A stretch of 64,000 nt of DNA, taken from the IMG/VR virus record IMGVR_UViG_3300031539_000003, one strand, 5' to 3'. Under the pieces are notes generated by a model. It saw nothing but the letters and a program-made list of their open reading frames with translations. It ran no database searches and was not told the origin of the DNA. Below, one piece after another: positions 49,716 through 58,574 of this stretch. The position numbers were made by a program, and so were the translations under genes. This DNA is from an uncultured virus (IMG/VR IMGVR_UViG_3300031539_000003). Its lineage: Duplodnaviria > Heunggongvirae > Uroviricota > Caudoviricetes. Each line of letters begins with the position of its first letter. The first letter of the stretch is position 1.

Positions 49716-50288
49716 TTAAGTTCCAGGCGCAATCTGGAACGCCATATTTTCTGATAACCAATTCAAGTCTGTAAATACAGCCGCACCGGCACCAACAGGT
49801 AATGTAAAACCCTGGAAAACTGCATTTGAAATCAATACAGCCTCATAATTCGCAATCGAAAACTCTCCAGAACTCGGTAACCTAGATTTATCCAATTGCA
49901 AAATTATATCAACAGGTTTAACCCACTGTACTGCTGCTGTTGGATTCCCTGCAACATCGGTTATCCTACCACCGATCTGATCACCCTCAGGGAATTGCCC
50001 TGGCAAAGAAAGGTTTGCCCCTGCAAATGCGCCAGTATTAACTTCACCACCAAGCAGTTTCCTGATTAAATCAAGATCACCAACTGCCTGCTTTAATGTA
50101 CCGCTGATTTTAATGCTTTTCAATACTAAAGCACCAACCGTATATTGACCTTGATACTGAATCTCCTCATATTCCATAGCAACTTCTACTGAGCTTTCTA
50201 CTCTACGAGCAATCTCAAACCCATCTATGAACAGAAATCCATCACCACCAGTAAATACGGCAGGTTCTTTTCCTCTCGTGTATGCCAT
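49716..50288 (-). CDS. Tail tube protein
   Basis: FTGGDGFLFIDG...IKISGTLK pattern (XkdM-like); directly after sheath; GGAGG RBS. Confidence 0.85.
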   Translation of the reverse strand: MAYTRGKEPAVFTGGDGFLFIDGFEIARRVESSVEVAMEYEEIQYQGQYTVGALVLKSIKISGTLKQAVGDLDLIRKLLGGEVNTGAFAGANLSLPGQFPEGDQIGGRITDVAGNPTAAVQWVKPVDIILQLDKSRLPSSGEFSIANYEAVLISNAVFQGFTLPVGAGAAVFTDLNWLSENMAFQIAPGT

Positions 50289-50352
50289 CTTAAACCTCCA
50301 ATATTAATATCATTTTTTCACATTTGTTAAGAATAAGACTTAAATCCTGCTA

Positions 50353-51789
50353 TTATGATGGCGGAAGTAAATCAATTTGACCATAAGCATACTTAATCGG
50401 AAGCATCGGCGCAATTTCTACCTTAACCCTGAAATTCTTCAATAACTTGTCATCGGGAGTCGTCTCATTCAAAACGCCAAAACTCTGAATCGCACCAACA
50501 TTTACTAATGTGTTGAGCGATCTTGTCACAAGTCCCTTTGCCCAGGTAAAAGTAGCATCACTGTTCGGTCTTCCAATAGAAAGTCTCAATGTGTTTCCAA
50601 GGTCACGGCTTATCTGATCATATATTCTCATTAAATGAATATCTTCATATGCACTGACATCACTTGTAGTAATACAGTCAACTACTACTACAGAACCAGC
50701 CTGAATGTCAAGTGAAACCATATTTGCTTGGTGCACAAGATCCTGAGTGTCCATATCCCACTGGATTTCAAGATCAATAACATTCGAAAGAGCACTATAA
50801 ATGACAGGAGTATAGAAAGCCTGACTCATCATTTTCCCAATAACAGACATAATAATTACGCTGGCGGGATAAAGAGTGCTAGTAGCATCTACAGGGTTAA
50901 TTAAATAACCACCCTGAGCCATATAACAAAGCCTTTCGCTACCCAAAGTAGTTGTCAACTGTAATCTTTCTTCCAGCGTCAATGATAAACCGCAACCAAC
51001 AAAAGCAACTCGATACGCTTTATTCTTCTTGTTGGACATCAACTCGCAGTGCACTTTCATTGCATTATGGAAAGTAGCATCATCAACACCTGGGGCTGTG
51101 ACAAGTGTTACATCCTTATGTAATTCAGCCTTACTTAACGCTGCAACATACGCAGTGGTAGGAACACTTGTGTCACCAGAATCTCCACCGGTTAATTGCG
51201 CGCCTACTATTTCCGCGAGCGTAGCACTCGCATCACCGACATCATACTCGGCAATCACCAAGTTTGAACCAGTGGTAGCACTGTTAATTGCTGTAGCAAT
51301 TGCTTCAACATCAGTTAAATTATCAAATATCTCTGTGCTAGTTCCATTATAAATAGTGACCATAGATCCGGTTGTAGTTCCTGCTTCAACATCAGCCAAA
51401 ATAGTATTCGCAAGTTCTGAATACTCTTTCGATTTCAGTGTTAAAACAACAGTCGGATAAGGATCATCATTATACAACTCCACAGATGCCTGCGAGTAAT
51501 CATCGTTAACTACACGACAAGATTTAATAATTCCACTACCGTAGTCATAAACAAGGTTGCCATAGAATGTCATCAAGCTTCCACTATTTGCTACCCCGTA
51601 TTCTGCTTCGAGTGCAGCCCTTGTAGTTACCAATATGACCTGACCGGCTCCATCAGTATCAATATCTCCACCACCTTTTTTGGCAGGTGCCATCAAATAC
51701 AGTACATCTGCTGGTGCCCCAGGTAATATCTGAAGGCCATCAGGATTTACTGTAATCTCATAAAATGGTGCTCTAGAATCTTGTGCCAT
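50353..51789 (-). CDS. Contractile tail sheath protein
   Basis: LTGGDSG, VTAPGV, HCELMS, DIHLMRIYD, IGRPNS, GAIQSF, IAPMLPIKY sheath C-terminal motifs. Confidence 0.9.
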   Translation of the reverse strand: MAQDSRAPFYEITVNPDGLQILPGAPADVLYLMAPAKKGGGDIDTDGAGQVILVTTRAALEAEYGVANSGSLMTFYGNLVYDYGSGIIKSCRVVNDDYSQASVELYNDDPYPTVVLTLKSKEYSELANTILADVEAGTTTGSMVTIYNGTSTEIFDNLTDVEAIATAINSATTGSNLVIAEYDVGDASATLAEIVGAQLTGGDSGDTSVPTTAYVAALSKAELHKDVTLVTAPGVDDATFHNAMKVHCELMSNKKNKAYRVAFVGCGLSLTLEERLQLTTTLGSERLCYMAQGGYLINPVDATSTLYPASVIIMSVIGKMMSQAFYTPVIYSALSNVIDLEIQWDMDTQDLVHQANMVSLDIQAGSVVVVDCITTSDVSAYEDIHLMRIYDQISRDLGNTLRLSIGRPNSDATFTWAKGLVTRSLNTLVNVGAIQSFGVLNETTPDDKLLKNFRVKVEIAPMLPIKYAYGQIDLLPPS

Positions 51790-51806
51790 CTTAAACCTCC
51801 TAAATA

Positions 51807-52028
51807 TTAGCTAATCTTTTTGCGTTTTCTCTTGTCCATATAGAAATCTAATTGGGATTTTGTTAACCTATCCCTCTCCTCTAAACACTGCTCAAAAACA
51901 ATCATACCAAATATTTTCTTATCGAGCCCAGTAAACTGCTTACGCCAAAACTCGATAGTTCTTTTGGGCTCTTTTTTTTGAGCCCCTTCTACTGGCGCAT
52001 TAGAGGGATTACCTAAATCTTCACTCAT
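51807..52028 (-). CDS. Small hypothetical protein upstream of sheath
   Basis: 73 aa with GGAG RBS; first gene after a promoter motif copy. Confidence 0.65.
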   Translation of the reverse strand: MSEDLGNPSNAPVEGAQKKEPKRTIEFWRKQFTGLDKKIFGMIVFEQCLEERDRLTKSQLDFYMDKRKRKKIS

Positions 52029-52084
52029 AGCATTACTCCAAACTAAAAGTTTAGATAAAACAAGATGTATAATTTCAATTTAAA

Positions 52085-52112
52085 TACTTTATTTTTTTCC
52101 CATAAAATATCG
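52085..52112 (-). promoter_or_regulatory. Putative phage late promoter, 28-bp bipartite motif
   Basis: Minus strand CGATATTTTATGGGAAAAAAATAAAGTA upstream of the sheath/tube genes. Confidence 0.65.
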
Positions 52113-52138
52113 AATTTTTTTATATTATTATATTAATA

Positions 52139-53140
52139 TTACAGTGGCTCCTCTAATTCACCTACCTGACTACCATCAGCATTATAAAGATCCATACGAG
52201 AAACACCAATGGGCCCGATGGAAATCTTTTGAAGTGACTCAGTAAAATTCAATGAATCAACATGTATCCCCTGCGCATTACCATACGCAACCGCTGATTC
52301 AGTAGTAATATCACTCAAACTCTTGGGTTGCCCTAATTCATCATTTGGATTAATAGTAATCCCATAATAATTCATTAAATCTATAATTAACTGAGTCATA
52401 CCTTCGGAAGTAGCAATATCATAGTCAGATGGATTCAAACCAGTGTCTTCAAGTTGGTCCACATCAAAGATAGTATTCCCATAAAAATTCTCTATATCTC
52501 TTATCTCAGTGGTAAAATTTATCTCATAAGCACCAGTATAAATTTTTGGGACAAAAGCACCATCGCTAACATCACCCTGGACAGTATCATTCATTATCCC
52601 ATCACCAACCACATCTATATCACCCCTATGATTCATATACATATTCTGAACAACAAATCCATTATCCCATCCATTATTCATACCTATTTCAAACAGAGTT
52701 TTATACATTTTTCTTCTATTAATAAATGGCTTTTCTATCTGCATTTTCAAAAACTCTCTTTGTCGAGGATCTTCTGCCCAAATAGTAGCCTGTAAAGTAA
52801 TATCTACTTCTTGACTATAAACCTTACCTACTAACGCCCCTTCATGATCATCCCCTTCTTCCCCATAAATATCTCTTATAAAATTATTCTGATACCTATT
52901 ATTTGGGAGTAATCTTCTGGATGTATGAATGGTAATTTCTGGAGGGGTAACTTTCACGATATCATTCCCTGGCATCTGATAGCCAGAATAGGTCGGCTCT
53001 CCTGCTTTCGTAACATATGGATACGCCGGAGATAATACAACATTAAATCCAGTTCCATCAGGATTCAAGAGATTCAATTCCCTGATCATCTTATTATAAA
53101 ACCGAATAAAACAACCGACTTCTGTTTCTCGCATTGGCAT
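52139..53140 (-). CDS. Putative tail terminator / neck protein
   Basis: Position after the HK97 gp10-like gene; DITLQATIWAEDPRQRE motif. Confidence 0.55.
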   Translation of the reverse strand: MPMRETEVGCFIRFYNKMIRELNLLNPDGTGFNVVLSPAYPYVTKAGEPTYSGYQMPGNDIVKVTPPEITIHTSRRLLPNNRYQNNFIRDIYGEEGDDHEGALVGKVYSQEVDITLQATIWAEDPRQREFLKMQIEKPFINRRKMYKTLFEIGMNNGWDNGFVVQNMYMNHRGDIDVVGDGIMNDTVQGDVSDGAFVPKIYTGAYEINFTTEIRDIENFYGNTIFDVDQLEDTGLNPSDYDIATSEGMTQLIIDLMNYYGITINPNDELGQPKSLSDITTESAVAYGNAQGIHVDSLNFTESLQKISIGPIGVSRMDLYNADGSQVGELEEPL

Positions 53141-53162
53141 AAATTATCTCTCTATACTATAA

Positions 53163-53534
53163 TCATTGTTCTAGCGCCTGAAATCCAGCATCTATTATTC
53201 TTTTCCTTATGTTTGCATTCCACTCATTTAATGTATCACTTAACATATTATGCCTAAACTCAACACTAGTAGCGTATGGTGCTGTATAACCGACAGAACC
53301 ATCAACCATTGCCGGTTCTGTATCACCCTGAGAATAATAAGCACTGCGTTTTAATTGACCGGTAACCACCGGTGTTACTCCACTAACATCCCCCAAAAAT
53401 TCTCTACCAATATCATTTACCTCAGGCCTTATTCCATTGATAACCCTTTTATTCATACCAGCAAAATTAACCATTGTTGAATTTATACCGGTCAAATTCA
53501 TCGAAAACAATTTACTTAAATCAAAAAGTCCCAC
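53163..53534 (-). CDS. HK97 gp10-like tail completion protein
   Basis: TPVVTGQLKRS...VGYTAPYATSVEF. Confidence 0.8.
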   Translation of the reverse strand: MGLFDLSKLFSMNLTGINSTMVNFAGMNKRVINGIRPEVNDIGREFLGDVSGVTPVVTGQLKRSAYYSQGDTEPAMVDGSVGYTAPYATSVEFRHNMLSDTLNEWNANIRKRIIDAGFQALEQ

Positions 53535-53536
53535 TC

Positions 53537-54148
53537 TTATTCCTCCGGAATAAATCTCTTATTTCCAGGAATTCCCGTAGCCTGCTGTAATATTAATTTT
53601 TGACCAATAGGAAATTCTGATACTTTATAAGATTCAACATGCCTGATATAAAATTCAAGTTCCTTAACCTCCCACATAATCCCATTCCAAAGTTTCTCCT
53701 TAAACACTATCATTGCTTGCTTATCCTCCGGCTGAACTATCCATCCAAGGCTCGCTTCAAGTTCTATCCCATCAGCATCTTCAACTGTCATTGTCGGTTG
53801 AGTGCCATATAATCTTGTATATTCAGGAGGAATAGGATAACTAATCAATAATATTCTTGAAGATGACAAAAATCTCCCCAACTCATATTTATGAATTGCT
53901 TCCTGATCAAGTGGTGCTGTCAATGCTAATACCCATTTTCTGTTCGCTATCTCTGACTGATTAGTATAGCCAGTTCCACCACATGGCTTATGGCTCGGAT
54001 CAGGGCGACCATACGTCTGATCAACACAAGCACACTTATAGGCCGTGTCCTTCTTAAAACAGACAGGAATGTACTGCCCAGGCTTCATGACAGCATTTAG
54101 CCATATCCTCTGATACTTAAATGTCAAATCTGCAGGAGGAGAAGCCAT
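53537..54148 (-). CDS. Putative head-closure (stopper) protein
   Basis: CAC...PDPSHKPCGGTGY metal-binding motif; neck gene position. Confidence 0.6.
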   Translation of the reverse strand: MASPPADLTFKYQRIWLNAVMKPGQYIPVCFKKDTAYKCACVDQTYGRPDPSHKPCGGTGYTNQSEIANRKWVLALTAPLDQEAIHKYELGRFLSSSRILLISYPIPPEYTRLYGTQPTMTVEDADGIELEASLGWIVQPEDKQAMIVFKEKLWNGIMWEVKELEFYIRHVESYKVSEFPIGQKLILQQATGIPGNKRFIPEE

Positions 54149-54158
54149 ATTCTACCTT

Positions 54159-55121
54159 TTATAAGTTTAAATCCCTATCTTCATATCCTACACCAGTTCT
54201 TAAATAATAATCAGCATCAGCATATGGTGTTTTTAGATCCCTTACTCTCTCACCCCTAACAACAGTTCTTGCAATATTAGCCCAAGGGCCGTCAGGATCT
54301 GGTCCGTCAGGGCCGTCAGGATTAACAACTACTTTACCTTTATATTTCAACAATGCCCATATATCGGCTATCTTATCATCTAACCCTTCTAAGAACTCTT
54401 CAAATCCTGGCAATAAATTTTCAACATCAAGACGAACACCAGCAAGATTAGTTGCCTTGTCTTCCTTAAAAACAGGTAGAATATATTCGGTAATAATATC
54501 TTTCGCCACAATATAAGCAGCCAACAACTGTATTATAGGTGACAACTCACCTTCTCCAGACATAGCACTATCTATCAATAATAGTTGAGCAACATTATCC
54601 ATGAAAAAAGGTTTATCTGCCTGTAATTCGACAGACATATTATAAATACCACCGGTATCATTTCCACCAACAACCTTGTACTGCAAATATCCAAAATCAC
54701 TTATTAGTTCAAAATTGCCACCATATACCGTCTGCTCTGCAAACTCCCTCGAAAAACCCAACATATAAGAAGACAACTTATAAATTTCATCTAATATTGT
54801 ATCTGTTAAATTAAAAGAGTAATCAATATCAACAGTCATTTCAATTGGTCCACTACTACCATATTCATAACCAGTTCCAGCTATAAAAAACACATCTGAA
54901 ATATTCTGTATCCCAACATGTTTAGTCTTCAAATCAATTCCCAGTAATGATGCTACTGCTGCATAGCCAGTATTATATTGCGTATCTAAAAAAGCTTCCA
55001 TAAAAATAGTAACATTGGCTATCTTCTCTTCAAATATCCAATCCTTAACAAGATATTCAACGACAGCTTGATGAGGAATTATAGTTTTAACTTTATCAAC
55101 TGTTGTAATATAAGAAGCCAT
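54159..55121 (-). CDS. Putative head-tail adaptor protein
   Basis: Start moved to MASYITTVDKVK (ATG 55121, GGAGAG RBS) because the track's start lies inside a terminator; first gene after the capsid gene. Confidence 0.6.
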   Translation of the reverse strand: MASYITTVDKVKTIIPHQAVVEYLVKDWIFEEKIANVTIFMEAFLDTQYNTGYAAVASLLGIDLKTKHVGIQNISDVFFIAGTGYEYGSSGPIEMTVDIDYSFNLTDTILDEIYKLSSYMLGFSREFAEQTVYGGNFELISDFGYLQYKVVGGNDTGGIYNMSVELQADKPFFMDNVAQLLLIDSAMSGEGELSPIIQLLAAYIVAKDIITEYILPVFKEDKATNLAGVRLDVENLLPGFEEFLEGLDDKIADIWALLKYKGKVVVNPDGPDGPDPDGPWANIARTVVRGERVRDLKTPYADADYYLRTGVGYEDRDLNL

Positions 55122-55142
55122 CGCTCTCTCCAAAGAAGGATT

Positions 55143-55175
55143 AAAAAATGCCCCACACATATAATGCAGGGCATC
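55143..55175 (-). terminator. Rho-independent terminator after major capsid gene
   Basis: Minus strand ATGCCCTGCATTATATGTGTGGGGCATTTTTT. Confidence 0.75.
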
Positions 55176-55250
55176 TTAATTTCTTACCTTAACCTCGTAT
55201 TAGCTACGGTACATTCATTTCAATACACGACACCCATCCGAAAAAAGATA

Positions 55251-56276
55251 TTACAGATTTGCAGGATTAATGTCAGTTATGATACCGCAAGCCTTATCAT
55301 CGACAACCTTAACAGCGCGTCTTTCACGTGCAATGGTGTTGGTAAGGTTCTTCAACAGGCTGTCTTCACTCTGTACTGTAACAGGCTCAAGCTCAGCGTA
55401 GATTGAAGGGAAATTACCATCATACATTACAACAACACGGGTACTTCTCTTAGCACCAAGAGCATCACGATCAAGGAAAGGTGTTGAAACAAGCTGTAAA
55501 CCGAACAGATTTGTCAACTTACCGGATACCCAAATGTCCCTTGCACCGAAGAAGGCAACATTCTGGAACTCACTCATCTTTCTGATCTTGGAGCCAATTT
55601 CAGTTCCAACAAAGATGGTTGAGGGCATGAACTGCTGAGTCTCTTCGATAGCAGCGATCATGTCGCTAATATCATCAAGATCAAAAGCTGCGCCGGTAGC
55701 GGTATCGCTGAAAAATGCACCGTTTACATAAGAGTTCATAATATCAATATTCTCGCCAATTTTCATGGCATATCCAACAGCGTCCAGAATCAGTGCCAGC
55801 ATATTCCAGTTTGAATCTTTGATAAGATTCTTGTTAATACCGGTTGCCATTTCATAATCCTGAATGGTAAGACTTTCTGTTGACAACTTTATCCCGTAGT
55901 GATTCGGGTCAACTTCCGGAGAAGAGATATAACTTCTTCTCATGGCCGTTACCTTCGGGAAATAGGTTGTAACAGCATCTACCGGCATAACTCTGGTATA
56001 CTGTCTGAGATTCTGTAAATTTTCAGCTGCTGTTCTGATACGCTGATCAAAAGCAACAGGGAGTAATTCCGGTGCATCGTCTGAACTGAGCACCTGCTGA
56101 ATTTCCATCCTTTTGCCCCTACGTGGGACAAGGCGGCCATCATTCGATAGCATCAACAGTACTGGCTTAATCGCTTCCTGAAGCTCCTTCTCTTCCCTTT
56201 CCGCCTCTTCCAACATTGCAGTCAGAGTGCTGTACTGTCCTTCGGCATCTTTCTTCAAAACATCTATGTCTTTCAT
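55251..56276 (-). CDS. Major capsid protein (HK97 fold)
   Basis: PELLPVAFDQRIRTAAE, INKNLIKDSNWNML, GKLTNLFGLQLVSTPF, ARERRAVKVVD; GGAGG RBS; position after protease and decoration genes. Confidence 0.9.
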   Translation of the reverse strand: MKDIDVLKKDAEGQYSTLTAMLEEAEREEKELQEAIKPVLLMLSNDGRLVPRRGKRMEIQQVLSSDDAPELLPVAFDQRIRTAAENLQNLRQYTRVMPVDAVTTYFPKVTAMRRSYISSPEVDPNHYGIKLSTESLTIQDYEMATGINKNLIKDSNWNMLALILDAVGYAMKIGENIDIMNSYVNGAFFSDTATGAAFDLDDISDMIAAIEETQQFMPSTIFVGTEIGSKIRKMSEFQNVAFFGARDIWVSGKLTNLFGLQLVSTPFLDRDALGAKRSTRVVVMYDGNFPSIYAELEPVTVQSEDSLLKNLTNTIARERRAVKVVDDKACGIITDINPANL

Positions 56277-56340
56277 TCCATTCCTCCTTGCGACTATTAT
56301 ATATCAGTTATTAGTTATTAGCACCTTAAGTCAGTACCGA

Positions 56341-56814
56341 TTAAACAGCAGCGCCTAATTTATTAACTTCAACATCAACATAGGCATCAGTAATTGATGG
56401 CACATAACCCTCACTAATAGACGCAACATAACCGATTGCATTTGAAGTGGAATTATCGCCGACTTTACATACTTTACCAGCGCCGTAAACGGCAACTTCA
56501 TCGCCAACTGCAAGAGCAGTACTGTTTTCATCAACAACCATTCTTGCAATACCATGCCTTAGAACGGAAATGATATCTCCCTTAACAGCAGAAGAAACAG
56601 CAACACCAGCGAAATTAGCGAGGGTAGCATCGGTATCAGCAGTAGCAACTTTGCCAGCGCCATCGAGAACCAATACCTGACCTTTGAGAGCATCATCGTT
56701 AGTGTCTCCAACAAGGCGACCTACAACAATACTCTTCCCGCCTAATACGTCAACTATTCCATCGATAGTTATTCCCGCAGCAGGGATTGAGCTTAAATTT
56801 GGACGTGCAGTCAT
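56341..56814 (-). CDS. Head decoration / capsid cement protein
   Basis: KGQVLVL.GAGKV, FAGVAV, GDIISVLRHGIA, AIGYV beta-tulip-like pattern; between scaffold and capsid genes. Confidence 0.75.
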   Translation of the reverse strand: MTARPNLSSIPAAGITIDGIVDVLGGKSIVVGRLVGDTNDDALKGQVLVLDGAGKVATADTDATLANFAGVAVSSAVKGDIISVLRHGIARMVVDENSTALAVGDEVAVYGAGKVCKVGDNSTSNAIGYVASISEGYVPSITDAYVDVEVNKLGAAV

Positions 56815-56876
56815 TATAAAACCTCCTTAATTCATCATTTTAGTCAATTATTATCTATTCCTGACACACATTTATT

Positions 56877-58574
56877 TTAACTATCATTATTTTGAAATAA
56901 AGAATCCTTAACAAGTGCAAGAACTGAATTCTCAGCTACTTCGAAAGTCCTCTGCTCTTTGCCATTGTTTTCATCATCTTTCTTCTGTCCGTACTTTTCA
57001 ATTTCACTATCACCAGATACGGTTTCAGCATTATCGGATTCATTAGTTCCATCACCGATACCATGTTCAATAGCAACCTTATTTTTCAGAGAATTATCTT
57101 TGATTGCTTTCAATTCACCAAAAAGGGTCTGCAGAACATCAAGGGACATGCTACTGTACTTTTCACGATCAGCATTTACAGCATCATCGTTCTCGTACTT
57201 ATTCAGATCTGTTTTAATCTGAACGATACCATCAACAACTTCCTTAAGGTCTTTCTCAACATACTTCTCAAGTTCAGAATTGAGAGCCTCAAGTTCGGAT
57301 GTCTTTGTAGCAAGCGACCTATTCATAGTTTCAACTTCCGTGGCCAATTTCTTATTCTCTCTTATAGACTTTGCTAATGCAAGTTTCACATCATAAAGTT
57401 CTTTCGAAAGATTTCCTTTGGCCTCTGCCAGCTCAACCATTGTCGCATCACACTTATCCTGCAACACGGTATTTTCAGTCTGACTGTTTTCAAGTTGAAT
57501 GGTCAGAAGTTCCATGTCAGGATTAGCAGTAACAGAATCAGCATTTGCGTCAGCAGCATCTTCGGTATTATTTTCCTCGGAATTACCTGCATCTTCTTCT
57601 GCTGTCTCTGTACTATCGGCATCAGCATTTTCTTCAGTACCTGCATCCTCAGCGCCTGCATCGTCAGTTGCTCCATCAGCTTCATCAGCATTTTCTGTTG
57701 CATCTCCTTCGTCAGCACCTTCGTCAGCACCTTCGTCAGCACCTTCGTCAGCACCTTCGTCGGTACTTGCAGCATCATCGTTTACTGCTTCGGTATTAGC
57801 TGCTTCGTCAGTAACTTCTTCTGAATTGGATTCTTCAGAAGTCTCAGCCTCAGCATCTTCATGACCAATACCCATACCATCCAGAACACTTACTATCCTA
57901 TCATGCTCTGCTTTGACCTGCTCTTCATTCCAGTTCGTTAACGTCAGGTCTTCCTCCCACCTATGTAATAATGCGTGAGCTAAAATAGCCTCATCAGCAG
58001 AACTTACATTGATAACAGAATTCTCACATTCACCTTCAACATTTGCAGCAACAAGAGCTTCAATCATATCGGTCATTTCGTTATTCTTGGCATACTCATA
58101 AATCGCCCCGATATCCATCGCATCTATCTGATCATTTGTTAAAGTGATCTGTGAATCATCGGCAGTAACTTCATCAGAATTTATAACAGGATTATCTGAT
58201 GGCCCCTTGACCGGTGATTTGTTCGATTCATCCCCAGTATCGACTGTTCCTCCATCCTTCGGGTGTTTTGTGGCAGGAACTTTTGAAACGTTACCCTTTG
58301 AGGGGCTTGGTTTCGGTGCAGGCGTAGAACTCGTGCCTCCACCAACATTCATGCCAGTATCAACCTGTCCACCACTCACTGGATTCTTCGGAGCAGGAAC
58401 ATCTGATACATTACCCTTGGATTTAGATTTCTTTGGAGGTGGGGTAGTTACAGCCGGTTTATTGGTAGTATTCTGGGGAGTGCTAGCAGGTTGAGCGCCA
58501 GTCACATCAGAACCTGGGGGAGTAACAAAAGTCTCCTTACCGTCCTGATTTTTCTTTTCCTTATTGTCCGCCAT
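56877..58574 (-). CDS. Nested in-frame scaffold protein (internal start)
   Basis: GAGGAGGT 7 nt upstream of the in-frame ATG at 58574 (MADNKEKK...), right after the protease domain. Confidence 0.65.
   Translation of the reverse strand: MADNKEKKNQDGKETFVTPPGSDVTGAQPASTPQNTTNKPAVTTPPPKKSKSKGNVSDVPAPKNPVSGGQVDTGMNVGGGTSSTPAPKPSPSKGNVSKVPATKHPKDGGTVDTGDESNKSPVKGPSDNPVINSDEVTADDSQITLTNDQIDAMDIGAIYEYAKNNEMTDMIEALVAANVEGECENSVINVSSADEAILAHALLHRWEEDLTLTNWNEEQVKAEHDRIVSVLDGMGIGHEDAEAETSEESNSEEVTDEAANTEAVNDDAASTDEGADEGADEGADEGADEGDATENADEADGATDDAGAEDAGTEENADADSTETAEEDAGNSEENNTEDAADANADSVTANPDMELLTIQLENSQTENTVLQDKCDATMVELAEAKGNLSKELYDVKLALAKSIRENKKLATEVETMNRSLATKTSELEALNSELEKYVEKDLKEVVDGIVQIKTDLNKYENDDAVNADREKYSSMSLDVLQTLFGELKAIKDNSLKNKVAIEHGIGDGTNESDNAETVSGDSEIEKYGQKKDDENNGKEQRTFEVAENSVLALVKDSLFQNNDS

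Noticed and set aside
49716..51789. Tailocin / extracellular contractile injection system interpretation
   Set aside because: Portal, protease, capsid and neck genes are present, so this is a complete tailed-virus module.
55122..55160. ORF-track N-terminus MCGAFFNPSLERA of the adaptor gene
   Set aside because: Overlaps the terminator hairpin; a better start with RBS exists at 55121.
55176..55250. Possible structured ncRNA downstream of the capsid gene
   Set aside because: Only weak imperfect pairing is visible; no recognisable tRNA or ncRNA features here or elsewhere in the window.
57495..57864. Overlapping ORFs with RQHL, STFV, APSS and TKVL repeats
   Set aside because: Alternative-frame readings of the 12-bp tandem repeat within the scaffold gene.
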